The position numbers were made by a program, and so were the translations under genes. Shown here piece by piece: positions 1-10,994 of a DNA stretch of 64,000 nucleotides (its first letter is position 1; each line of letters opens with the position of its first letter). Origin of the DNA: Octopus vulgaris (taxonomy: Eukaryota); the NCBI GenBank assembly GCA_951406725.2, contig OX597821.1, positions 31,310,001 through 31,374,000 on the forward strand. Direction: 5' to 3'. The notes below the pieces were generated by a model that worked only from the letters and a program-made list of their open reading frames with translations, was not told the DNA's origin and searched no databases.

Positions 1-230
1 TCACAGACGACAAATTTATCCATGGCTAATCACAACGAGGTGGGTCTCAATTCCTGCTTATTAGCATTACAGAGAGGGTGAATTAATCCTTTGTATAGAT
101 GCACATTTTCCAATGGTGTAGATGTAAATTTCCAGAGAAATGAAGAGGAATTTCATATTCACAGACGATAAATTTATCAATGGTTGAACACAATGAGGTA
201 GGTATCAATTCGTGCTATATGATTAGGTAT
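1..230. repeat. Diverged ~158-bp tandem repeat in PLE 3' UTR
   Basis: TCACAGACGA.AAATTTATC.ATGG at 1 and again at 159. Confidence 0.8.
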
Positions 231-1279
231 TTGCCACATTAATCACATTACTGCTATTTTCAAGAGACTGTAGCTATTTAACTTTTAAAGGCTGAAGGGC
301 TTTCTAGAGATGCAAAGAACAGAAAGGGAAGGAAAGAGAGGAAAAGAGAGAAAATAAAGGAGGAGGGAGCAAAAAAGGGGGGGACTAAAAGAGAAGAGAA
401 AAGGAAAAAGAAAAAAAGAAAAAAGAGAATAAGAAGAAGAAAAAGATAAAAGAGAAAAGAGAAAGAAAAGAAAAGAAAGAGGGAAAGAAGGGAGAAAAGA
501 AAAAGAAAAAGAGGGTTCTAGTTATACAGAAGAATTAGTAGACGGCAAGTCTGGTTTAAATTTGCATTTATCTAGGAACTAGAGGAGAATATTATTCCTT
601 GACCAGTAAAACAGCTAATTTGTTGCTGACGTGACGCCGTTGAAATCAGCTATGAATTTAAAGAGAATCTAAAGATATAACAAGGTCAGGGGTATAGGGG
701 TCAAAGGCTAAAATCAAAAGAAAATACATTAGGAAAATCTAAGTATAATCTTATCAAAAAGTCATTAAAATTTATTTATTTAATTTATTCGTTTTACTGT
801 CTTAAGGAGTTGCCGTTATTATTCATACATTGACGGACTACAGGTCAAATCTTAGAAGATCATTTACAAGGTGTTAGGGAATTGTCTATCATAATGAAGA
901 TATTCATACTATCATCGAGGGAGTAGCCTTATTTATTTAATTTTGAAATAGAATTATGAGGCTTTAGTAACTTATTTTATTTAATTAAAGTTATGTTACT
1001 TAAATTAGATTAAGTTAAGAATTAAAAATTAAAAATTATAATTCAGATTTAAAATCAAGATTTAAAATTATGAATTTGAAATTAAATATTTGAAATTAAA
1101 TAAAGCCTCAATTAAGCAGCGTATAAGTACTATTTATTTCCCTGTTCTCAAAAAACTGATGCAGATATAAGGAAAAAGATAACTGTAGTGTGAGAACTCT
1201 TAGTTATCTACTTAAAGCAGTGCTATACTAGTAAAAATCAAGTTATATCTATCTATCTATCTAGTTACGAATATTCTAA

Positions 1280-1892
1280 TCATTTAAAATATTTTAAAGT
1301 CTTCAATTTAGCGTGGACACAAACTTGACCTAGTTCTATATGGTTATTCAATAAGTTTCTATGTTTTCTATGCTTTAGAATTTCATACGTCTCCATGGAG
1401 CATAGTTGGCAACCAACCCTGCTATTTTTATACGGAATTGCTCTCCTAACTATTTCCCAATTAAGGTTATAATTATTGTTATTATTTTTGAGTTCCCAGA
1501 TTTTGTTTGAAAGTGTGGTGGTACCAGCTTTATGACGTAATTTAAAAGACGAGATGTGATTTCTAACTCTGGCTAGAAAATTAATTGTACATCCAATGTA
1601 AAAATATTTGTTATTCTCAGTGGATATGGTACATTTATAGATTACGTTATTTTCCCCGCATAGACCAGGTGCCGGGCATTTTGATTTTATTCTACACTTA
1701 CACACAGGAGGAACAACTACAGGTTTTGGATCATTCTTGGGTAGATGTCTTAGGTTCCTATTATTTTGATTATCATGAGTATAATTGTCCTTATTGTTAT
1801 TAATATTTTTATAGTTGGTGCTGATATCTAAAGTATTGCTATTATTTATTGATCCTTCTGTTTCATCTTTTAGGTCTAAAGTCCTACCATGA
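1280..1892 (-). CDS. GIY-YIG endonuclease with Cys-rich linker (C-terminal part of the same polyprotein, out of frame by one base)
   Basis: CKCRIKSKCPAPGLC, NVIYKC...YFYIGCT, F..R..NH..SF, WEI, CQLCSME, LLN...C.H. This frame is open from the T7 run at 1893-1899 down to the stop at 1280. Confidence 0.93.
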
Positions 1893-4154
1893 TTTTTTTA
1901 TATTATTGGTAATGTTACTATTATTGTTAGTCTTTTTATCCGACTGCATATTGTTGTTATAGATATCACTGATATTTTCATTCTCCGTATTTTCTCCATT
2001 AGCCTTATTTCTATTATTTCTATTATTAACATTATTACTTCTATTAATATCGGTATTGTTATTATTACTATTAATGTTAATGTTATTAGTCATTCTGTGG
2101 TTACTAATTTCACCCATGTTTTGATAGTTACTATTGCTGTTTTTATTGTTGGTAGTATTATTATAATTGCTATTGGTATTCATGCTGATATTATTATTTT
2201 TATTTCTATCTTTCCTGGCTAGTTTAATGTTGTTATTATTAATCTTAGCTATTAAAGTGGACATATTTGGGAGGGTTGAATAAGAAATCCTAACTGTTTT
2301 CCTAGAAATAATTCTATGATATCTATGAGAGATTGGGAAATTTTTTTCTAGAATTACTTTGAATTTGTTCTGTATATCCGATTGTATCGCACAGTTGAAA
2401 GGAATGTTCAGCCATATTATATCTTTTTTATTAAATTTAGGGTTCGTAGAATTATTACTATTCATCTCACCAGAGTTATTGTATTTATTACCATTATTTT
2501 TATTTTTATTTGTGTGCATCTTTGGTTTATCTACTTCGATATTATCCGAGTTACCTATGTTTTGGTCAATGCTTCTATTTGAATTGTTGGGCCTGTACGT
2601 TAGATTAGCGTTTACCGTTAATTTAATTCTACTTTTATTTCGGGCTTGGTCTGTATTGCTGCTTACGTGATTACTGATAACTTCTTTATTAGGAATACGT
2701 AAGTTCTCCTTATCAACGAATGTGATCTTTTGGTTGTATCCTGCCTTAGTTAACGCCGCATTATAATGTTCAGAATGGGAGTTAAATATATCCTTATTGG
2801 ATGATAATTTTGAAATTCTTAATGAAATATTTCTTACTAAAGATTCAATTATATTTGGGGGATGATTTGATAATTTATTTACGTAATTCGTGATTTCGCC
2901 TTCCTTTCTAAATGGGTAATGCAGCTTGGAGTTAAGGTCTAGCGTAATATCTAGGAAGTTAACTATTTTAGTGCCAGGTTCATACGTTATGCTGAGGTTG
3001 AAATCCTTAAAGAACTTATTAATTTTCTTTCTAATCCTTTCTATAATAGATTTATTATTACTAGGGATAACAAACAGAGCATCATCCCTATATAGACCCC
3101 CCTGTAGTTCCGGGATATCCTTGCTTATGCATTTTAATAGATATGCGCCTACTAGGTTGGTTACCTCAGCCGAATCACTGGAACCCATTGGTATATCAAA
3201 ATAATTAGGTGTATCTGCTCTAGTCCATAATTTATCTTCAAATTCTATAAATGTCTTCCTAGCTAGTAGCACAATATTGATTTCTTCTCTAGATATGAGG
3301 GAGCGATTCATGGCAAATATTAGTGATTTGTTGAGCAAGATAGGGGAAATACTGGAGTAATAACTATTAATATCGAACTGAATAAAGGACAGACTACTAG
3401 TATTAGTTAGAGAGTTAAACCATTTTAGAACTTCGTCTGTACTTAGCCATAGGTTTAAGGGGAGAAGAGGGGTTATTTGGGGTAGAACAGTATCCAGGAT
3501 AGATTTACTAAGTCGGCCAATGTCCGACTTAGTTGGACAGATCAGCCTTACCGAAGGGTTTTCCAAGAAATTCTTTTTGTGGTCTTTAAGGTTGATCCTG
3601 GGCTCACACGGTTTAAGCGGCTCTGTTCTATCCGTTAAATTTAGTTTCTCCATGATCTCTTTCATTTCCAGGTTTACTTTTTTCAAATTGTTCTTAGTCG
3701 TAATTTTATATTTGGAGTTTAGTTCCTTCCTAATTAATTTGCTATAAAGATCGTAATCAACTCTATACATATTACCAGTTTTATCTGCTGGTACTAAGAT
3801 TCCATGTTTGCACCGGGTTGACTGAATAAAGTTCCTAAGGTGTCTAAGGTGAGGGTTGTATCTCAACGGGTGTTCCTTGAAGCTAATATCATCTATAAGA
3901 CTCAGCAGGTTTTTCTCAAAGTTCTCCAGGAATGGGTTCTGAGGTGGACTTTTTCTACTTTTAAAAATTCTTCCAAAATTCTTTTCGGTATTCTTTTTCT
4001 GTGGTTTCTTCTTCTGTTTGATATCAAAATGGTACGTTTTCCACCTGATTCTTCTAATGAAGTCGTTAATCCTATGAATGAGAAGCCAATTATATTCATC
4101 TATACTATGTAAGGGGATGTCTTTAGGGGAGAACTCAATGTTTATTTTTTCCAT
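1884..4154 (-). CDS. PLE reverse transcriptase (N-terminal part of RT-EN polyprotein)
   Basis: Motifs ILVPADKTGNMY, PSVRLICP, FIQFDINSYYSSI, YFDIPMGSSDSAEVTNLVG, GGLYRDDAL, VNFLDITLDL, SNHPP. First ATG (MEKINIEF) at 4154. Asn-rich linkers follow the thumb. Confidence 0.95.
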   Translation of the reverse strand: MEKINIEFSPKDIPLHSIDEYNWLLIHRINDFIRRIRWKTYHFDIKQKKKPQKKNTEKNFGRIFKSRKSPPQNPFLENFEKNLLSLIDDISFKEHPLRYNPHLRHLRNFIQSTRCKHGILVPADKTGNMYRVDYDLYSKLIRKELNSKYKITTKNNLKKVNLEMKEIMEKLNLTDRTEPLKPCEPRINLKDHKKNFLENPSVRLICPTKSDIGRLSKSILDTVLPQITPLLPLNLWLSTDEVLKWFNSLTNTSSLSFIQFDINSYYSSISPILLNKSLIFAMNRSLISREEINIVLLARKTFIEFEDKLWTRADTPNYFDIPMGSSDSAEVTNLVGAYLLKCISKDIPELQGGLYRDDALFVIPSNNKSIIERIRKKINKFFKDFNLSITYEPGTKIVNFLDITLDLNSKLHYPFRKEGEITNYVNKLSNHPPNIIESLVRNISLRISKLSSNKDIFNSHSEHYNAALTKAGYNQKITFVDKENLRIPNKEVISNHVSSNTDQARNKSRIKLTVNANLTYRPNNSNRSIDQNIGNSDNIEVDKPKMHTNKNKNNGNKYNNSGEMNSNNSTNPKFNKKDIIWLNIPFNCAIQSDIQNKFKVILEKNFPISHRYHRIISRKTVRISYSTLPNMSTLIAKINNNNIKLARKDRNKNNNISMNTNSNYNNTTNNKNSNSNYQNMGEISNHRMTNNININSNNNNTDINRSNNVNNRNNRNKANGENTENENISDIYNNNMQSDKKTNNNSNITNNIKKSW

Positions 4155-4262
4155 TCTTGTTGAGAAATTAAGTACCAGAAAAACATACAGACTGTATGGG
4201 AATATATTCAAAAAGCAATAAAGATTCAAGTCAATTTTAATGAATTTACTTGAATATGGTAC

Positions 4263-4787
4263 CTAATAAGCAGGAATTGAGACCCACCTCGTTGTGATTA
4301 GCCATGGATAAATTTGTCGTCTGTGAGTATGTAATCCCTCCTCATATCTCTGGAAATTCATATGTACACTATGGATTAGGTCACCTTCTCTGTGATGCTA
4401 TTAAAACTTTTTTAAAAATCTGTGATAAGACTGTACATCATCTTTAAAGAACTTTAATGAACTTTGGAAATCTGTTTATGTTACTTAATTATCTACATTA
4501 CTTCATGAGTATAGCCTCAACCACTAAGATGTCTAGAGAACTCACATGTATTTTAGCTGATGAGTACGGGACACGTTTATATGCTGCAATTTTTGCAACC
4601 TTTTAATAAAGCCTGTCTTTGTATGAAACGATTGTACTAAAAACTTATCCATTCTTGTTGCTTCTTTCTCGCTTATAATCACCCCACATTACTGTATTGT
4701 TAAAACCGTATAGTTTTTTGGTGCATCTAAGTTAGGTACCATATTCAAGTAAATTCATTAAAATTGACTTGAATCTTTATTGCTTTT

Positions 4788-4789
<2 letters not shown>
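4263..4789 (+). repeat. Inverted pseudo-LTR (5'-truncated 3' end of the PLE plus ~57-bp tail copied from the element's 5' leader)
   Basis: Two reverse-complement matches (to 1-64 and to 4209-4266); CTAA microhomology at the inversion junction. Confidence 0.9.
4551..4642 (+). ncRNA. Type I hammerhead ribozyme in pLTR
   Basis: Stem I TTTTAG/CTAAAA; CTGATGA; stem II GTACGGGACA...TGTCTTTGTAT; GAAA; minimal stem III C-GATT-G; GUA cleavage triplet at 4634-4636. Confidence 0.88.
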
Positions 4790-4826
<37 letters not shown>

Positions 4827-4829
<3 letters not shown>

Positions 4830-5409
4830 ACTATGGTTGCAGAACAAACAAATACAAGGTCATCCACGTAACATTTCATATCTCGAACATTTAATCAGGT
4901 AATGCTTTTTCTTTCACATAGAATATGCACGTATAACATCACGGAAGATGAAACATAACTCATCAGTACAAACCTATAAGAAAATGCAAGAAAATGTGTG
5001 AATACCGTTCATCACGGTTAAAAGTTAATACTTTAGCGATTAATAAATATATATATTTTTTGAAAAACATTACAACACCTAGAATAATAAATACGTAAAA
5101 ATATAAAGTAATATATAAATATATAGATATATAGAAAATATATAAAAAATACATATATATAGGAAGCATATAAATAAGTAATATATAATATATAAGGTAA
5201 GATAAAAGTCCATCGTTTAGAAATTTTTTTCATTAAAAATTACTTTTCAGATAAGGGAAACCTATAGTTAAAAGCCAGTGTCCAAGCAAAAAAGAAGAAA
5301 CCATATTTACATTCCCTATGGCCATTTCAGAGGTACATCACTGTATTTAATGCACGAGGGTGTATCACAATGATTACTCTTTCGTCAGGGGAAAAAATTG
5401 AGAGACAGA

Positions 5410-5413
<4 letters not shown>
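4827..5413 (-). mobile_element. PLE-derived fragments inserted between (TA)n tracts
   Basis: Bounded by (TA)n on both sides; intact HHR at 5312-5393; decayed HHR-like CTGATTA...GAAATGTTA near 4868-4900; TFNRDE peptide resembling the PLE endonuclease C-terminus. Confidence 0.6.
5312..5393 (-). ncRNA. Type I hammerhead ribozyme
   Basis: Minus strand: TTCCC CTGACGA A AGAGTAATCATTGT...ACAGTGATGTACCTCT GAAA TGGCCA TA GGGAA; palindromic stem III. Confidence 0.88.
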
Positions 5414-5467
<54 letters not shown>

Positions 5468-5470
<3 letters not shown>

Positions 5471-5665
5471 GAGGCGGTGCTGAGAGGAAAGCTTCCTGGC
5501 CTTAAGGGTAACGAGACAGGCCTGCTTAGAGAACCAAACGACCAAGTTGTTTTACAGGACTTAAAGCAAGACACTGCGGAATATGCTGTGTAAAATGTAT
5601 ATTTAAATGATCCTCCTGTAATTTGTTTTAACCGAAAACCAGGAAACTCTCAGCACCCTCACGTA
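5468..5665. mobile_element. Mariner-type MITE
   Basis: Imperfect TIRs TACGAGGCGGTGCTGAGAG..TTCCTGG / CCAGGAAACTCTCAGCACCCTCACGTA with TA ends. Confidence 0.75.
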
Positions 5666-5684
5666 TATAAAAATATTTATATTT

Positions 5685-6080
5685 TATCTTTTGCTTGTTC
5701 ATTATACTGCCGCAATGCTGGGGCACAGCCTTGAAAAATTATTGACAACTAATCGAACCCACTACTTATTGCTTTGTTAAACCTGCTGCTCACAATACCT
5801 ATTTGCCGAACCGCTAAGTTACAGGACATAAATACCCAACACCTATTGTCAAGCAGTGAGGGTGGCAAACAGAGACACAAAAGACACACACACACACGCA
5901 CATACAAGCACACAAATAAACACGCACACACATATTTGTATATAGCCATATATACGACAGGCTTCTTTTAGTTTCCACTCACATGAATTTGATCGTCCAC
6001 AGGCTAAAGTACCTGTCCAAGAGGCCACGCAGTGGCACTGGACACGGAATTACGTCGTTTGGAAGTAAAGTTCTTAACAC
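5685..6080 (-). mobile_element. tRNA-derived SINE family A, diverged copy
   Basis: Similar to 40592-41023 (TTGCCGAACCGCTAAGT, GTCAAGC, TACGACAGGCTTCTTT, CCACGCAGTGG). Confidence 0.8.
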
Positions 6081-6861
6081 GTGTTTTTGTATAGATATAA
6101 ACTTTGGAAAATTAAGATAAAAACTTCATATGCTTGGTATAAATAAACTAGTAACATTACTAATTATAATGGTAAACTACCCACTGTACTTGTAGCCGAC
6201 TGGATGGTGTTAATCAATGTGGAGCTCTTACATATGTGCGGCCGTATGTGCGTGCACGTGTGTGTATACGTATGTAAGTGTGTGTGCGGTTGTCTACTTC
6301 TGTATGTATTTGTACTTAATAAGCATATACAGATGTAGCATTTGTTTTTTTCTTTTTAATTTAAGAGATATGTGTGAGTTCCATCCCAGTTATGGAATTA
6401 GTGTGCTGCAGAAGCTATTTAAAATTTACAATATATTTCTAATTACGCTTGTCTAAATCTATATATTAGTATGGACAAGATGTTTACTAAAAAAGGAAGC
6501 AGCAATTTAAAAAAAATATTAGATATTAAAGCCAGATATATTTACAAGAATAAGAATTCATTTGCATGAATATAATAACTGAACAGTTGGAGACGAACGT
6601 TTTGAATATAGACGTGTAACTAAACAACAAAAGCGATGACTTTTCAAAATATAAAGGTCAATATAATGTGTAGGTAAATCATAGATTCGAATTAAATGTA
6701 TGTTACATGCATGCTAAACAGAATTTATTTCTGATATTTATATTTAATAAGCAATTTATTTTGTTGTAGCTTTGCTATAGAATAATGGTAAACAAGCGAA
6801 AAACATTTGTGATCTGTGTAGAAATAGAATTTCTTCAAATAAAGTTTATGAATAAAATATA

Positions 6862-6893
<32 letters not shown>

Positions 6894-7799
6894 ACATACA
6901 TATATATGTGCGTGGGCGTTTCTGTGTGTAGTGTGTGTGTGCCTTTGTGTGTGGCGTGCGTGTGTGTGTATGTGTGCTTGTACTAATAACATGAAAATAA
7001 ACAAGACAAAATTCTCTAAGAGTAGTTTTGAGTATAAAGCAAAAGAATTCGAGTAGATTTAATTTTAATTTTTAAATTCTGCATGGATAATTGGAAAGAG
7101 AAAGATAAGAGAGGATATTATAAAGACATGAATAAAAATCAGATTAATGAAAAATACTTGTTACATTGAGAAATATTTCTCAATGTAACTAACTATCAGA
7201 AACTGCACAGAGAAGATTAAGCAACATTATTAATGACAAAATTTCCATATAACTGAAATAATTTTTAAAATATCTTAAATGTAAACCAATTTAAACCTCA
7301 ATATATAAAGCGATTAATCCTCCGTTTATGTTCACAATATTTTATGTACAATATATGACAACCTGTACTGATTTATTGATAATTATTATGCATATCAAGT
7401 TGCAACAAACTTCGAAATATATAAATATAGAAAATACGATTCTCTAACATGTAGTAGTAGCTATTACATAAATTAATTAGATAGAAAGAGATACACATTT
7501 ATAATTCGGTTATACTGTGTTAGACCATGATAAAACACAGAAAAAACCTTCGGGGTCAGAAATGATTAAAACAATTATATTGAAATTTAACTTGGAAAAC
7601 ATAGGGCGACAGATAAATTTAGATATATCTCGAAGATAAACAATTAGTTGATTACGAATAATATCAATACAATATAAAATAGGTGAGAGTCAACGAAAAC
7701 TCTCAATATAAATATGTAGGACAGTTATTTATGATTTGCCATGTTTTGCTTATGTGACACATACTTCGAAATTTGTTAAAGTATATGTTATAGTTAACA

Positions 7800-7960
7800 A
7801 TCCCTTCTGTGAAAGGCAGAAGGTTCGACATTTTTGGAAGATGGATAGTCAATTATATCAACCCTAGTATTCAACTGGTACTATATTTCGTTGACACCCA
7901 CAAGGATGAATTCAGAACGCAAAGACAGACAAAATGCTGGGATTCTGCGAGCTCACTGCA
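7800..7960 (-). mobile_element. SINE family B (Meta-domain), decayed
   Basis: AACTGGTAC...GACACCCACAAGGATGAA..CAGAACG matches the reverse complement of family B. Confidence 0.6.
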
Positions 7961-8379
7961 TTAATGATATACTTAATAACAGATATTTATTTTCATCTAT
8001 TCGTGAGTGATAAAGCCATAGAGCCAAATCTATGATGGGTACACTAAAATGCTTGAATATGCTATATACGTGATTTTAGACATTCTAAAGTACTATTAAA
8101 TTTCATTCAATTTTATAAAGGGTAAAATTGGTCAGAACTTATGGGATGACCTTATATATGTGCTCCTTTATTAAGAATCACTTTATCTGTTTGTATCGGT
8201 AAATGTATTTAAGAGTGCGAGCGCGCATGTGTGTGAGTATGTTATGCGTGTGTGCATGTATGCATCGTTTTGGTTAGGGAAGATCAACCAGAAATGGTTT
8301 CGTGTTACACAGCGTAAAATGTTTTCCTGCTAAAGAAATTGTACCTTGAATCGGTAAATGTCACGCAAATATTAATACA

Positions 8380-8655
8380 GGTGCTGGTGCATTTATCCAG
8401 CACGCGCACAAAAATACCTCATTTTGAAACACGATCTTGTCCCGTTTACAAATGCAGCAATGGCGGGGGGACACAGACACACAAACATATACACATACAT
8501 GTATACGACGGGCTGCTTTCAGTTTCTGTCTACCAAATCCACTCACAAGGCTTTGCTGGGCGCGAGGCTATAGTAGAAGACACTTGCCCTAGGTTCCGCG
8601 CAGTAGGAATGAACCCATCTGGTTGGTAAGCAACCTACTAACCACACAGCCACTT
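8380..8655 (-). mobile_element. SINE family A, 5' half
   Basis: TACGACGGGCTGCTTTCAGTTTCTGTCTACCAAATCCACTCACAAGGC...ACCACACAGCCAC. Confidence 0.85.
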
Positions 8656-8988
8656 CTGTAGTGAAGTTATTCTTAGTCAATAAAATTCAGATAATTTTAT
8701 AGGAAGTACAATGAAGTGAAGGCTGCCAAGATTACATCTTTCATAAATTCATATAAGTTAAGGTGTGTTCACTCATTTTCTATAATTAAAGGATTGATTG
8801 CTAGTCCAACTTAAAATTCTAACGGCATTTGGTATTATATATATACTCATACACATATATCATTGAATGCACCGATATTTATCTATACCTCTGTATATTA
8901 ATTTCCCGAGTATATATATCTGTGCATGTGGTGTACGTCTGTACATATGCACACAGATTTATGCAGTAGATACACAGACAAGTGAATA

Positions 8989-9023
<35 letters not shown>

Positions 9024-9069
9024 TGTGTGGGTATATATATATATATATAGATATAGATATTCCCCTGTG

Positions 9070-9142
<73 letters not shown>

Positions 9143-9597
9143 GCACTCACATACATACGTAGTCAATAGATATATACATTATCCTGATAGACAGGTGTAC
9201 CATAAACGTTCGTGGGTTGATTTGCGTAAAGGCAAACTTTCTAAATTAATTTCCAATCAAACAACTATTGAAGCATTATACAGAGAAAGAACTGAATATA
9301 CATAATATACATATTTATACAAATATATATTGGACTTTAACTTCGTTTACATACAAATGTGAATGTATTTACATAAGAATATATATCCAGAACAAAGATT
9401 GAGTTAATAGATTTAATTATTTGTACATTATGATAATTGTAAATATTTGTCCAGATATCCCTAGCTTGATTTAAATTTCTTGATTGCTTCCTTAAAGCTC
9501 TAGAGATTTATCTATTTTATATTAAGTTTCAATTTGAATGAAACTGCCTACACGAAGTAAATGATCTATAACCGAGAAGTTTTAGATGAGATATCAT

Positions 9598-9639
<42 letters not shown>

Positions 9640-9677
9640 GTGTGTGTGTGTTTGTGCGCGAGTGTGTGTATGTATAT

Positions 9678-9773
<96 letters not shown>

Positions 9774-10509
9774 GTTGCTATAGCGAAGGGTCTCACTTGC
9801 TGATCTCAAATTCTTCAAGCATTCAATATAAGATTAATTATTAATTGGAAACAAATTGTTGCCATTCATATTGGATTGTGTTTCAGACTTTTGCTGCGAG
9901 ATATTATTCCGTGTTTTGCATTCTTGAAATATCAATCTACATAGTCATTAATTTTCTTTCTTGAGTAAATGTGAACATTCAGTTGATTTATATACTATCA
10001 TTAACATGTCTCTCATGTATAACAAGTGTCATTCGTGCGTATATTATTTGAAAGCACACTCATTGTGTTCAGATAATTTCTGATAAATTCTACTGATCAG
10101 CAAAATTTTTCATTATAATTAGAAACAATATGACACACAAATCATAAAATATCCCAAGCAAGATTTATACATCAAAATTTATTCTATAGCTTAAAATTAT
10201 TCCGTTGTTTTAATCTTATAAAATAAGCACAGGCGTTAGATATATTTAGCGAGGATTTTTCAATTTCAAACACACAATATAATATGAAATGTAGGTATCA
10301 TTATCTTTCATAAAATCCCAATCGACTCTGCAAATATCTGTATGTATCAAGTGAAAATATCACTCCATGAGTTAATAATATTCATACACATTTACAAGCT
10401 GAAAAGTATAAACAAAACACAACAATAAACAAGATTATATAAACAGAGAGAAGTATACACATATTTACATTCTGAATCATACCGAAGTAAAAGATTAGTT
10501 AAATGTGTA

Positions 10510-10722
10510 TTCCCTTCTACCGCAGGCCTGGGATTTTGAGGAAGGGGTTTTAGTTGAAAACATCGACCCCCAGTGCCTGGCTGGTTACTTATTTTATCGA
10601 CCACGAAACGCTGAACGTTGAAGTTGCTCATAAGGGATTTTAAATTCAAAACGCAGAAACGGACGAAATGGTGTCAGGGATTTTGTCTCGCGTGCCGTTT
10701 ACACTGCCAGCTCGCAGTCCCT
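10510..10722 (-). mobile_element. SINE family B, diverged
   Basis: CATCGACCCCCAGTG..CTGGTTACTTATTTTATCGACC...GGACGAAAT...CTGCCAGCTCGC. Confidence 0.75.
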
Positions 10723-10905
10723 TAACGTAGGATTGGGTTTGTGTGAGCGTATACATATAAACGTATATGTGTGTCTGTGTGAGTGGGAGCGAGCATATGT
10801 GTGTGTATAGACGCTATGTACAACAATTTTGTTTACCAATAAGTGGTATATATATATTTATATACAAATTTATATATATATATACAAATATATATATATA
10901 TACAA

Positions 10906-10936
<31 letters not shown>

Positions 10937-10994
10937 TATATAGATATACATATATATATGTATATATATATTATATATATATACGTTTATATAT

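Larger units (their letters stand above)
1..4789 (-). mobile_element. Penelope-like retroelement (C-terminal GIY-YIG type, probably Neptune/Nematis group), 3' end runs off the window start; inverted pseudo-LTR at the 5' side
   Basis: RT and GIY-YIG ORFs on minus; purine-skewed 3' UTR (~300-1280). Plus 4263-4326 is the exact reverse complement of 1-64, and 4732-4789 is the reverse complement of 4209-4266. Contains an HHR and ends in (TA)n. Confidence 0.95.

Noticed and set aside
2359-4112. Plus-strand ORFs overlapping the RT
   Set aside because: Antisense shadows of the PLE ORF with no motifs
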